Of a DNA stretch of 20,000 bases, positions 9,258 to 18,337 are shown one piece after another (position 1 is the first letter of the stretch; each line of letters starts with the position of its first letter). Below the pieces are notes generated by a model. The model saw only the letters and a program-made list of their open reading frames with translations, ran no database searches and was not told the origin of the DNA. A program made the translations under genes and the position numbers. The DNA comes from an uncultured virus (IMG/VR IMGVR_UViG_3300002220_000736) (taxonomy: Duplodnaviria > Heunggongvirae > Uroviricota > Caudoviricetes). Location: IMG/VR virus record IMGVR_UViG_3300002220_000736. The stretch is one strand, 5' to 3'.

Positions 9258-9265
9258 ACCTCCTT
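9258..9265 (-). promoter_or_regulatory. Strong Shine-Dalgarno of the tail tube gene
   Basis: Minus strand AAAAGGAGGTTTATT-ATG. Confidence 0.8.
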
Positions 9266-9281
9266 TTCTTTGTTCATTAAA

Positions 9282-9692
9282 CTAACTTAATCTTCTTTGC
9301 ACATTAAAATTTAACACGATTCGCACCCTGTTGCTAGCATCCCAATCTAGCATAGTAGGATTTGATGTTGAATAGATGACACTGTAAAAATAAGAACCCC
9401 AAGTTTCCTGCGCCCTTGCGTGTAATAGTGTTTGTATTGTATAGGATAACTCGAAAGCAGCTTGTGGGTCTATGTTCCTTACTCTTATTTGTATTGCTGG
9501 TCTTTCATAATGTTTTGTATCTTCGTTAGAAGCTAAAAGACCCATTGGGGGCATTCCGGGAACTTCAAACACCGTTACCGTATTATTAGGCGTAGCAGGT
9601 TCACGGTAAATGTGAAGAGTTGTTCCTAGAACTAAATCTAAAGAACTTTCCGCTGCAAGCATATTGGCAATATCTTCCGCTACTGAATTCAT
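9282..9692 (-). CDS. Tail terminator / tail completion protein ('minor capsid' type)
   Basis: 136 aa, immediately before the tube gene. Motifs P..P...V.V.E..G, ERP.IQIRVR and D...R.....NF. Confidence 0.8.
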   Translation of the reverse strand: MNSVAEDIANMLAAESSLDLVLGTTLHIYREPATPNNTVTVFEVPGMPPMGLLASNEDTKHYERPAIQIRVRNIDPQAAFELSYTIQTLLHARAQETWGSYFYSVIYSTSNPTMLDWDASNRVRIVLNFNVQRRLS

Positions 9693-10261
9693 GGTCGTAC
9701 CTGTGCATTAGTTTTTACTATATAAATGATCTTATCAAAGTTCCTGTACAACGCTGCCTGAAAGAATTTCGGCCCACTTCCTGATTTAGACCAATGGACA
9801 CCTTCCGGTGGGTATTTGGCATCAACCATTTCATGTACAGGAGCAGCGTAATAAGCACTAAATCCCATTATAACACCAATAGGGTATGGGGACATTGTGA
9901 TATCTGCTTCAGCTAAAGCTACTCTATGACCTTCTATTAATGCAGCTAATATTTCAGGAGTATCTGCTTTCCTAAATTTTGCTTTTCGTACTTGCATTGC
10001 TTTTGAAACAGGGTCAGCATTTTTCTTAGTCACAATAAACCAACTAGCCCGTAAATTCCCATGTTTTAATGGAATAAATGGTGGTACATTTTCCATATCA
10101 CGCCTTACCTCAATTGCTGCAAGTATTAATCCTTTGTTTGTTCTGTTCTTTATGTTGTTTATTTCACGATTTAAATTAGCATGAATTAGGGCAAAGTCAC
10201 GTTTCAAATTTCCACTTACTCCGGAAACTCCTAATAACCCTATTCTGCTGCGTAAATCCAT
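9689..10261 (-). CDS. HK97 gp10-like neck/tail completion protein
   Basis: 190 aa. Motifs P...GNLRASW, GFSA.YA..VHE and GPKF...A; lies between the head closure and terminator genes. Confidence 0.8.
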   Translation of the reverse strand: MDLRSRIGLLGVSGVSGNLKRDFALIHANLNREINNIKNRTNKGLILAAIEVRRDMENVPPFIPLKHGNLRASWFIVTKKNADPVSKAMQVRKAKFRKADTPEILAALIEGHRVALAEADITMSPYPIGVIMGFSAYYAAPVHEMVDAKYPPEGVHWSKSGSGPKFFQAALYRNFDKIIYIVKTNAQVRP

Positions 10262-10262
10262 T

Positions 10263-10658
10263 TTATAAATATATTTGAAATATCTTAATACTAGGATCGT
10301 TTAAGGATGGAATTGCATTGATCTGTTTTATTTCCCACGCACCTTCAGTTGTGTATGGATCGAATGCAGAATCAAGACTATCTAAAGTTCCCAGATACAT
10401 GTACCCATCCAAATCCCACCCACCAGTAGGAACATTGGAAGTGTATAGTGTTGCATTTGTCCTAAACTCACGACCGTCTTTTCCAATTTGAATCCTGCTT
10501 CGTGCATCTTTGGCAAAGTTTTCAATTTCATCTTCCCAACGAACCATAACTTCCTCGATAACACCAAAAGTGTATTTTCCACGACCATCATTTACAGGAG
10601 ATCCCCAGTAAACACATTTATCCTTGCACTTTCCTTTTATGAATGATCCTATGCTCAT
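10263..10658 (-). CDS. Head closure (stopper) protein
   Basis: Motifs CVYWG.P..DG.G...F....E...RWED and a neck-gene position. The likely start is the ATG at 10658 rather than the GTG at 10661, because it matches the duplicated start at 11139. Confidence 0.75.
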   Translation of the reverse strand: MSIGSFIKGKCKDKCVYWGSPVNDGRGKYTFGVIEEVMVRWEDEIENFAKDARSRIQIGKDGREFRTNATLYTSNVPTGGWDLDGYMYLGTLDSLDSAFDPYTTEGAWEIKQINAIPSLNDPSIKIFQIYL

Positions 10659-11079
10659 CACTATTGTGTGTTTGTAAATAAATAATCATATTTTGTAAAA
10701 TCCCAATGTCATCGTTAACATTCCCTAATGCTAAATTACAACACCAGCATAACAATGCCCTAACACCATTTGTAGAATGGTCATGGTCAACATTTAACCT
10801 ACTTTTAAATTCTGACTGATGTTTTCCACATATAGCACAACAACCATCTTGTTCAAAAAACATCGCATTATACCTATCCGTTGTGATGTGATATTTTCTT
10901 TTTAAATAACTTTCTCTTTGAATTTCAGTAAAACGTACATTGTTGTCTAATCGCCAATCTTCCCAACTTTTCTTATTATTCTTGTACCATTTTCGTTTTT
11001 CCTCTAAAACATGTGCATGATTTTCCTTTTTCCATTTTTTAGCCCATTCTTTTCCTTTTTCTTTATCTTTGTACGGCAT
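10618..11079 (-). CDS. Endonuclease VII-family (His-Me finger/HNH) free-standing homing endonuclease
   Basis: 153 aa. Basic N-terminus, then L.RKY.IT...Y..M...Q.G.CAIC....L.VDHDH.T..VR.LLC..CN..LG...D, the canonical Endonuclease_7 pattern. Confidence 0.92.
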   Translation of the reverse strand: MPYKDKEKGKEWAKKWKKENHAHVLEEKRKWYKNNKKSWEDWRLDNNVRFTEIQRESYLKRKYHITTDRYNAMFFEQDGCCAICGKHQSEFKSRLNVDHDHSTNGVRALLCWCCNLALGNVNDDIGILQNMIIYLQTHNSDEHRIIHKRKVQG

Positions 11080-11085
11080 CTTTTG

Positions 11086-11139
11086 CTATTTTTGTGTTGT
11101 ATTTTTGCTTTTACCTTTTATGAAAGATGCTATTGACAT
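11086..11139 (-). pseudogene. Orphaned original 5' end of the head closure gene (17-aa mini-ORF MSIASFIKGKSKNTTQK*)
   Basis: Coupled by TAATG to the adaptor stop. 10 of the first 14 residues are identical to MSIGSFIKGKCKDK at 10658. Confidence 0.8.
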
Positions 11140-11510
11140 TATTCAAATGATGTTACGGCTTTTATCATAATAGCCTGTTTTCCAGCAACCTTTAATTTTC
11201 CGCAACGATCAAGCAAAAGAGCCATTCTGCCGTATGACGTGGATGTCATATCTAATCCACGTTCACTATTGTATTCAACTTCGGCCTCACCTAATTTTTC
11301 ACGCTTAGCCTGACGACACGGGCCAGAAGCAAGCATGTGAGCAGCATACCATTTTATGACAGCATCAATTTCAGAATCCGACATTATTGTGCATCCTGCT
11401 AGGGCTGCGATCACGTAATTAGTAGCATCTGTGATAATAGAGGACACTATTGCCGAACTAACATCGCAGTCCGATAATAATTCTTGTACTTGTTGGTATG
11501 TTACTGCCAT
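11139..11510 (-). CDS. Head-tail adaptor (connector) protein
   Basis: 123 aa. Motifs W.AAHM.A, EK.G.A.VEY and ST.YGRMA..LD..G.L; first gene of the neck block. Confidence 0.8.
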   Translation of the reverse strand: MAVTYQQVQELLSDCDVSSAIVSSIITDATNYVIAALAGCTIMSDSEIDAVIKWYAAHMLASGPCRQAKREKLGEAEVEYNSERGLDMTSTSYGRMALLLDRCGKLKVAGKQAIMIKAVTSFE

Positions 11511-11520
11511 GATTTTATAA

Positions 11521-12201
11521 TTAAAGATTTTTTCTCACGTTCCATAATTTAGGCTCAATAAAATCAACAATCTTACTGTCCCATTCCAAACCAAGCCAAT
11601 CAAGCATTTCATATATTTGCGAATAATCACCATAAACCATTCGTTCAGGATGTATTTGTTTGCAGTTTAATCCCTGCTCAACCATTTCACTAAATCTCCG
11701 GTTGTGTTGACGTACCCACCAGTACCAAGCATCTTTTTTATCTTTAGCCCCAACAGCTTTTATATTTTCTTCTTTGTCAAAAGCATTCATGTAAGCCGTG
11801 TGCATACAACTATCAACAATATCATCATCTCTACGACGTACAACAATCCATTTTGCATTTGGAAAGGCATAATGCCATACAGGGTACATTAAAGCCATTT
11901 GAGAGCCTTTGCACATCCAAGTACCGTTTGTATAGTTTATTACTTTAAGTACGTCAGAAGCAAAGGAAACAGGTATTTCAAGGCTATTTACATCTGGTAA
12001 AGGGTATTGCCCATATTGATCAGCTTTGTTTGCTTGCAAATAAGGTCTAACTATGTTTTTTAACACATTTGTGTTTTCAAACATCTGGTTCATTTCACCT
12101 CCATAAGCACCGCAAAGGTTTATGATACCCCCAATCATGCTTGTCCCGCTCCTGCTCGCCCCGGTTATGAGTACGGGAGAATGCAAATAATCTTTTTTCA
12201 T
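11521..12201 (-). CDS. Sulfotransferase-family (PAPS-binding P-loop) protein
   Basis: 5'-PSB-like motif ITGASRSGTS and 3'-PB-like motif FPNAKWIVVRR...DIVDS. Confidence 0.8.
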   Translation of the reverse strand: MKKDYLHSPVLITGASRSGTSMIGGIINLCGAYGGEMNQMFENTNVLKNIVRPYLQANKADQYGQYPLPDVNSLEIPVSFASDVLKVINYTNGTWMCKGSQMALMYPVWHYAFPNAKWIVVRRRDDDIVDSCMHTAYMNAFDKEENIKAVGAKDKKDAWYWWVRQHNRRFSEMVEQGLNCKQIHPERMVYGDYSQIYEMLDWLGLEWDSKIVDFIEPKLWNVRKNL

Positions 12202-12207
12202 TGTGGT

Positions 12208-12906
12208 TTAATTTGTGTATGCTACTGCGTCTTTTCCTATTAATAGCCCAATCTCTATATTGTTTGGTGTGCGGTACATTGACAACCTATGCCCTTTACC
12301 TATTCCCTCACGTCCCGGCAAACCTTTTATACCAACAGCTAAATCCAAACCTGTAAACAAATTTATCTTGACATCTAATTTAAACAGTTCAATATCAATA
12401 AACTTTTTATTCTGTTCTAATATTTCTTTAAACTCAGGAATAACTTTTGTAGTAAACGCTGTTTGAAACAAACTACTGTGTTTTGTATTATTACAACGAT
12501 TTCCTGCATTAAAACTAGGATTAAAATAAAACGTATTTGTTTCACCACATAAATCATAATCTTCCAACATAGCTGTCATTATTTCCAAATACTTTGGTTT
12601 ATAATAATCATCATCCTCGATAATAAAAATACCTGAAGCATCTATTTTATCTGGAATTGCATTAAGTCCAGCATGAAGGTTTCTGGATTGTGTATTTTGC
12701 CCCACTTCCCAAATAGGTGTTGGATATACTTTCACAACTGTCCAATTTTCTTTAAAATCAACAGGTATAAAATCAGTTGTGCAAGGGTAGCAATCATCCA
12801 CAACAATCCACAGAACTTCTTCTGTACAAGTTTGTGCTTTCATCCACTTTGCACAAAGTTGGATTTGCTTTTCTCTACCGCCTGTTGGTGTTATTAAAAC
12901 TATCAT
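12208..12906 (-). CDS. GT-A fold (GT2-like) glycosyltransferase
   Basis: Motifs ITPTGGR, M..QT, WIVVDD and IIEDDDYY (DxD-type). Confidence 0.85.
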   Translation of the reverse strand: MIVLITPTGGREKQIQLCAKWMKAQTCTEEVLWIVVDDCYPCTTDFIPVDFKENWTVVKVYPTPIWEVGQNTQSRNLHAGLNAIPDKIDASGIFIIEDDDYYKPKYLEIMTAMLEDYDLCGETNTFYFNPSFNAGNRCNNTKHSSLFQTAFTTKVIPEFKEILEQNKKFIDIELFKLDVKINLFTGLDLAVGIKGLPGREGIGKGHRLSMYRTPNNIEIGLLIGKDAVAYTN

Positions 12907-12907
12907 A

Positions 12908-14836
12908 TTATATAACCTCCCATGTTGGTATAGGTATTATGAACTTCCCTTTGTACTCAAGTAATTTTATTTTTTCAATTATCTCTTCCTTAAAATTCCA
13001 AGACAAAATAACAATGTAATCAGGATTTATTTTCATTATCTTTTCTATACCGTATATAGGTATCCCAGTTCCAGGTGAAAATTTTCCAATCTTCTCAGGA
13101 GTTTGATCTATTATACAGGAAACAATATCAGTGTTTATTTTGGCACAATTCAATAGAGTATTACCCTTAGCACTGGCTGCAAACCCGATTATCGTATTTC
13201 CTTGTTTTTTCAATTCTAATAAATTTGTACCAAAATCTTCGATTATGATTTTTATTTCATTAGACCAATTCAAATAACTATCAATTTTACCATACCCTTT
13301 ATTTCTTTCTTCTCTACTTATTTCTACTACTGCTGATGACGGTATGTGCTTACTTTTCGTATGAGCAATAGTGTATCTCATAGAACCACCATGGATAGCT
13401 TGTTTTTCCACATTAATTACTTTCATGCCACTGTCACAGCACAATTCCATCATAGGGTTTACGCTCCAATAGGAAACATGTTCAAAGTACACGGTATCGA
13501 ATGCCATGTTCTCAATAAAATCAATCAGGTATGGATTCTCGATAACCAGTATTCCATCAGGTGCCAATGCTTCCTTACATGCCCTTATGAAATCTCCAAC
13601 TTTATCCAGATGTGCAAAAACGTTGGTTGCGGTTATTAAGTCTGCCTTACCGTCTATTCTGCCTACCAAGTGGCTTCCCCAAAAATCAGTAATCGAAGGG
13701 ATGCCGTCGGCCTCAGCAATTGCAGTTAAATTTGAAGCAGGATCAACATTCAAAACCTTATGGCGAAGTAAGCCCTTGAACACCTTTAATAAGGCTCCAT
13801 CATTTCCTGCAATATCTATATGAAAAGTATTTTCATTAAGCCCAAATTTGTAAGTCAAAGATTCGCACATATCCTTACAATGGTCGAGATAGCCTTTATT
13901 GATACTAGATCTGTACGTGTAGTAGTCAAACATCTTTTTGGGGTCTACGACTATGCTCAACTGTGATAGCCCACAGTCAGGGCAGAGCATCACCTGCAAT
14001 GGGTATTGTTCTTTAGTTTTTGCCAATTGAGAAGTGAATTCTAAATTGTTGGCCAAAGGCATAAGCCCCAAATCCAAATATTTAATCAGATCAGAGGAAC
14101 CACAAACACGACAATAATTATGTGGTCTGGCAATTGCATTTGATGTTTTATACTCTATCCATTTCTGCAAATTCAAAGAAGTGTCATAAGGTGTTACAAA
14201 ACTTGTGTCTTCTATTTTTACAGGAATTACATTTGATTTTTTGGAGGCGTGTTCATACAATGTTTTTCTTTCTGTTCCTAAATTCAACACCCCTGTTAAT
14301 GGAGAAATAGCAGCTTCATAAATCATGGGTGCTATTTTATCCACATAATCTTTAGATGTCCATTTATCTATGAATGCTTCTTTGTAATCGAATGCTGATT
14401 TTCCAAATGATGTACGTATAATTAAATGATTTGTAACAGCTTTTACAGAACATTCACCTCCAAGTTTTGTCCATGAATAAAGATTGAAAGGTAGAATATC
14501 ATCGGTTTCCTGATAATTGCCTCTGTCACCTTTATATATATAGTCAGTACTGATGTAAACCAAACGTATTCCTCTTTGAATACATTCCATGGCAATATTA
14601 GCTGTGCCTATGATGTTTGTTTGAACGGCTTCAATAGGGCATTTTTCAACAATTCTGTTATCAGTAATTGCAGCAGCATGAATAACTATATCAGGATTAT
14701 GTGTACTGATAGCTTTAGATATATCAGAATATTTAACAACATCACATTCCTTTTTTGTTAAACAAATAAGATAAGGATTAATTTTTATTAATTCTGTTCC
14801 TAAACAACCTGTAAACCCTGTTAATAAAATTTTCAT
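12908..14836 (-). CDS. Fusion of an RmlD-like NDP-sugar reductase (aa ~1-230) and a Zn-binding NDP-sugar C-methyltransferase
   Basis: N-terminal half: ILLTGFTGCLG, HAAA.T, YISTDY.Y.G, YSWTK. C-terminal half: CRVCGS..LDLG.MPLAN..CPDCGL.QL, DIAGNDG.LL, TNVFAH, FDTVYFEH.SY, IHGGSMR, A.AKGNTLLN, K.GK.SPG..IPI, LSWNF. Confidence 0.9.
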   Translation of the reverse strand: MKILLTGFTGCLGTELIKINPYLICLTKKECDVVKYSDISKAISTHNPDIVIHAAAITDNRIVEKCPIEAVQTNIIGTANIAMECIQRGIRLVYISTDYIYKGDRGNYQETDDILPFNLYSWTKLGGECSVKAVTNHLIIRTSFGKSAFDYKEAFIDKWTSKDYVDKIAPMIYEAAISPLTGVLNLGTERKTLYEHASKKSNVIPVKIEDTSFVTPYDTSLNLQKWIEYKTSNAIARPHNYCRVCGSSDLIKYLDLGLMPLANNLEFTSQLAKTKEQYPLQVMLCPDCGLSQLSIVVDPKKMFDYYTYRSSINKGYLDHCKDMCESLTYKFGLNENTFHIDIAGNDGALLKVFKGLLRHKVLNVDPASNLTAIAEADGIPSITDFWGSHLVGRIDGKADLITATNVFAHLDKVGDFIRACKEALAPDGILVIENPYLIDFIENMAFDTVYFEHVSYWSVNPMMELCCDSGMKVINVEKQAIHGGSMRYTIAHTKSKHIPSSAVVEISREERNKGYGKIDSYLNWSNEIKIIIEDFGTNLLELKKQGNTIIGFAASAKGNTLLNCAKINTDIVSCIIDQTPEKIGKFSPGTGIPIYGIEKIMKINPDYIVILSWNFKEEIIEKIKLLEYKGKFIIPIPTWEVI

Positions 14837-14837
14837 A

Positions 14838-17195
14838 TTATCTTTTGTAAATTACAATAAATCCATTCATAAATTGAATTGATTCAAATGCGGGTACATT
14901 TTTGTGACAATCCTCTCTACAATGCCACCCTTTTTCCATACTACCAAATTCTTGTGGAGGATTTATAGGGACACTCCCCGCAACTCCTTTAAAATGAATA
15001 TCATCCACAAACGTCTTAAAATATTCTACTGTTGAAATTGGATTGTTATTATAATACTCCCAATAAGAAGTAGTAGTATCTTCAACAATATAAATTCCGC
15101 CTTTTCTAACATAAGGAAAAAGAGTATTAAAAGTAAGAATTTGTTCCTTCCAAAAATGATTCCCATCATCTATTATTAAATCAAATGGGGAAAATTGTTC
15201 AAGGTTTTTAAGTTGCGCTTCATTACTTTGATCAATTAAATGAAATTTGATTCTGTCCGAATATGATTCACAAATTTGAGACGCTTCTGAAATATCGGCT
15301 CCATGAATAGTTGCTTTTGTAAAATAATCAGCCCACATTCTCATAGATTGCCCTTGTGCCACACCTATTTCCAAAATAGATAAAAAGGATTCTCTAAAAG
15401 GAGCAAGTATCTTGTCGTACTTGACTGCATAGTTATGGTATCTGGAAGATTTGTCTGCTTTATATTGAATGGCCATCCTATCCAGAATACTATTTACAAC
15501 TACTTCAGGAACATCTTGTACGACAGAAGGAAATACTTCTTCATGTTTTTGCATTAAATTGAGGTACGATCTATTATGTGCGTCCCATAAAACAGATAAT
15601 TTTAGGTCATTAACAACCATTACAGGTTTCTTACCCATATCAATGATTTGTTCATACATATTCTTACCTCTATGTTCAAATTGATAGCAGTCTTCTCTAT
15701 TATATATTGGATCTTTTGGAAAAATGAGTTTTTTAGAAATGTCTTTAGTGACTAGAAATCCTGTTGTTCTTACATGAGTTTTTACTTCATTAGAAATTTC
15801 ATAACATGGAATATATGCATCAGATAGTTTTTCTAAAAACTGCCCAACAAAATCTTTTGACATTGGAATGCAATCATCAGTAATCCAAATTAAATTATCC
15901 CATTTATTTGGAAAATTTGCAAGTCTTTCCTTACATACATCCTGAAAAGCACCAAGATCAAAACCTGCATTTTCTCTTGCCACATATTTTATTCCATTAT
16001 CATCGCATAATTTCCAATATTTGTGGTTGTCACTTTCTTGATTATGAATAACAACAAGTTCTGCATCTCTTCTATCACATTGATTCCAACAATTTACCCA
16101 TCTCCTTAAATTTTCAAACCTATTCCAGACAATAATTACAACAAGTGTTTTTATCTGAATTGGTTTACTTTCTTCCCACCACATATCATACCATCTGTGC
16201 ATCCGTTTGTCTATTTGAGTTTTTAGTTTTTTGAACGGTTTAGATTCCTGACAATGCACAATAATTGGTTTAGATGGAACTGGTAACGTAGGACAAACTA
16301 AACCATAAATATCTTGATAATCCCATTCCAGGGGTAATAGTTTTATTTTCAAATCTTCCATGTAAATAAAATCATTTAAAACACCTTCGTCAATTGAATA
16401 AGAAAAAGGAGCTGTATTTGCATAATTTAATAATTTTCTATACCATGCTTTTTTTATGATAGTTTTATTGACCACTAATAAAGCAGGTTGAATATCTATT
16501 TTGCCTTCTACAATTCTCTTGCTAAGGTTGGAAAGACGTAAACCTCGTCTTTCTAGTTCAGGTATAAGTGTATTAAAGCATTTAGAAACTATATAATCTT
16601 CAACGGATATCAAATCATATTGATTTAATTCTTCACTAAACAAATAAGAGATATCTTGAACACAAATGCAATCAGAATCAATACATATTACTCTGTTATA
16701 TTCCACCATATTGAATATTTCATAACGATACCAAGAAGTGGCATATTTTTCAACAGGTAATTCTTCACTGTATTTGACATTGGCGTAACGGGCTTTAATT
16801 TCTTCTGTAATAAAGTGGCAATTTTCTTTTCCTAATTCATTCAATACTTCTATATCCGCTGTAATTACTTTAAAATCTATTCCAGTACAATCAGTATGTC
16901 GTCTAATTGAATTAAACAAAGTCTTTCCAGCCTCTTTGTAATTCTTGTCAAATACAGTAGCAATACAAATTTTTTCAATCTGCTTACTATTATTAAATAC
17001 GTTTTCTTCCACTTTAAAATATTCCACAGGAATCACTTCAGATACCAAAACAAAATCCTTACTTAAATGTATTGGTATTTGTGATGGCACAGCATAAAAT
17101 TCCTGATTTTGCTTTATCAACTTATCTCCTAAACGAAACAACCCTCCGGTTATTTTCTTATACTTTAGTTTTATAGGTGTTTGAATAACTGCCAT
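14838..17195 (-). CDS. Multidomain enzyme: small N-terminal module + GT8-like + second GT-A-like domain + MycE/TylE-like SAM O-methyltransferase
   Basis: GT8-like: YNRVICIDSD.ICVQDISYLF, DEGVLN, IVH...KP. Second GT: REN.GFDLGAF, WITDD.IPM. Methyltransferase: DK...H.Y...Y, LEIGV..G.S.RMW..YF, DLIIDDG.H, GG.YIVED..TSYW. Confidence 0.88.
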   Translation of the reverse strand: MAVIQTPIKLKYKKITGGLFRLGDKLIKQNQEFYAVPSQIPIHLSKDFVLVSEVIPVEYFKVEENVFNNSKQIEKICIATVFDKNYKEAGKTLFNSIRRHTDCTGIDFKVITADIEVLNELGKENCHFITEEIKARYANVKYSEELPVEKYATSWYRYEIFNMVEYNRVICIDSDCICVQDISYLFSEELNQYDLISVEDYIVSKCFNTLIPELERRGLRLSNLSKRIVEGKIDIQPALLVVNKTIIKKAWYRKLLNYANTAPFSYSIDEGVLNDFIYMEDLKIKLLPLEWDYQDIYGLVCPTLPVPSKPIIVHCQESKPFKKLKTQIDKRMHRWYDMWWEESKPIQIKTLVVIIVWNRFENLRRWVNCWNQCDRRDAELVVIHNQESDNHKYWKLCDDNGIKYVARENAGFDLGAFQDVCKERLANFPNKWDNLIWITDDCIPMSKDFVGQFLEKLSDAYIPCYEISNEVKTHVRTTGFLVTKDISKKLIFPKDPIYNREDCYQFEHRGKNMYEQIIDMGKKPVMVVNDLKLSVLWDAHNRSYLNLMQKHEEVFPSVVQDVPEVVVNSILDRMAIQYKADKSSRYHNYAVKYDKILAPFRESFLSILEIGVAQGQSMRMWADYFTKATIHGADISEASQICESYSDRIKFHLIDQSNEAQLKNLEQFSPFDLIIDDGNHFWKEQILTFNTLFPYVRKGGIYIVEDTTTSYWEYYNNNPISTVEYFKTFVDDIHFKGVAGSVPINPPQEFGSMEKGWHCREDCHKNVPAFESIQFMNGFIVIYKR

Positions 17196-17878
17196 TACAA
17201 TATGTCTTTAACGTTCATTTTTGAAAACTGAGTGATTAAACTTGTAGGACTTGCATTTATAATTTCAACACCTAATCGCTTTGCATCCAAAGCAATCTGC
17301 TCAAACCCTGCTAAATGTTTATGAAAAGGCATACTAATTTTCCCATCGTATTGATCATGCCAATGCCCTTTTCCGGTTTGACTAAGAGCCATATCAAACC
17401 CTAACAAAATTATTCTTTTACAACCTGTGTTATACGCAAGGCTAATAGCAGCAGAACCGCTATTGTTATTCCAACACACTTTTGTTGTGTCTGTACTAAT
17501 TCCAAAATTCTTACTATTGTCTTTTTGCAAGTATTTTATTCCAAGATTTTGCCAACCCTGCACTTGCAAAAATTCAGAACAACCTACTAATAAACCTTTA
17601 TATGCTTTTAAATCGTTAGCATTTTTAAAATACCAAGTCTTATCACCAAAGAAACAAACATCAACCCAATCGCCTAATAAAAAAGCCCCGTTTACTCCTA
17701 TTACATGCTTATCATGTAACAAAGACATATAAGGGGAATAAGCAGAAATAGGCAATTCTTTTGCATAAACTTTATCCACTACTTTTTTAGGGATATGAAA
17801 TTGGGTAGTGATGCTTGCCCCACCACCTACTATCCAACAAGTCCCTTCATTCCATATTTTAGGAACTGCCCAAATCAT
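17195..17878 (-). CDS. MptE/DUF115-like (Maf/CstII-like fold) putative transferase
   Basis: Motifs IVGGG.S, VIGVN.A, NSG.AAI.LA...G.KRI.LLGFDM, HWH and EIINAS..S....F. Confidence 0.75.
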   Translation of the reverse strand: MIWAVPKIWNEGTCWIVGGGASITTQFHIPKKVVDKVYAKELPISAYSPYMSLLHDKHVIGVNGAFLLGDWVDVCFFGDKTWYFKNANDLKAYKGLLVGCSEFLQVQGWQNLGIKYLQKDNSKNFGISTDTTKVCWNNNSGSAAISLAYNTGCKRIILLGFDMALSQTGKGHWHDQYDGKISMPFHKHLAGFEQIALDAKRLGVEIINASPTSLITQFSKMNVKDIL

Positions 17879-18321
17879 ACGTTTAATTTTTTAAGCAATT
17901 CCTCTGCTTGTTCTTTCAACAACGGTTTTTCGGAAATAACTTTATCATTTGTATTGATAATATTATACAACTGTTCATAATCATCTTCATCCATTTCTTC
18001 CGCCGTAGGTACAATTTCCTGCAAAAAATACTTAGGTTGTTTTCTTGCTGGTTTAGGCGTGATTGGTTCTATTGGTTTTACTATATCACGAAAAGCCATA
18101 GGTACTTCATCTTCATCAGCTTCAAAAACTTCACCTTTTCCATAACTTTTGGAACGATCCCTTAATAAAGTAATACCACCACTAACAACAAGCCATTTTG
18201 GTTTTGATTCTTTCACGACTTCTTTCACAGTTTCGGTAACTACGATAGCATTTTTGTCATGAGTTGGCTTTGGTGTATCCGTAACTTTTACCGGAATTTT
18301 AATGCCTCTTTCACGTTTCAT
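17875..18321 (-). CDS. Small post-capsid protein, two small domains, function unknown
   Basis: 148-aa ORF directly after the major capsid gene, with an ATGA overlap to the next gene. Confidence 0.75.
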   Translation of the reverse strand: MKRERGIKIPVKVTDTPKPTHDKNAIVVTETVKEVVKESKPKWLVVSGGITLLRDRSKSYGKGEVFEADEDEVPMAFRDIVKPIEPITPKPARKQPKYFLQEIVPTAEEMDEDDYEQLYNIINTNDKVISEKPLLKEQAEELLKKLNV

Positions 18322-18337
18322 AATTATACTTTTTAAA

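Noticed and set aside
10618..11139. Group I intron around the endonuclease
   Set aside because: There is almost no non-coding sequence around the ORF to hold a ribozyme core, and the downstream gene has its own complete start.
11521..17878. Host O-antigen/capsule locus or chimeric assembly
   Set aside because: There is no flippase, polymerase or export gene, and the block is co-oriented and tightly joined to phage genes at both ends.
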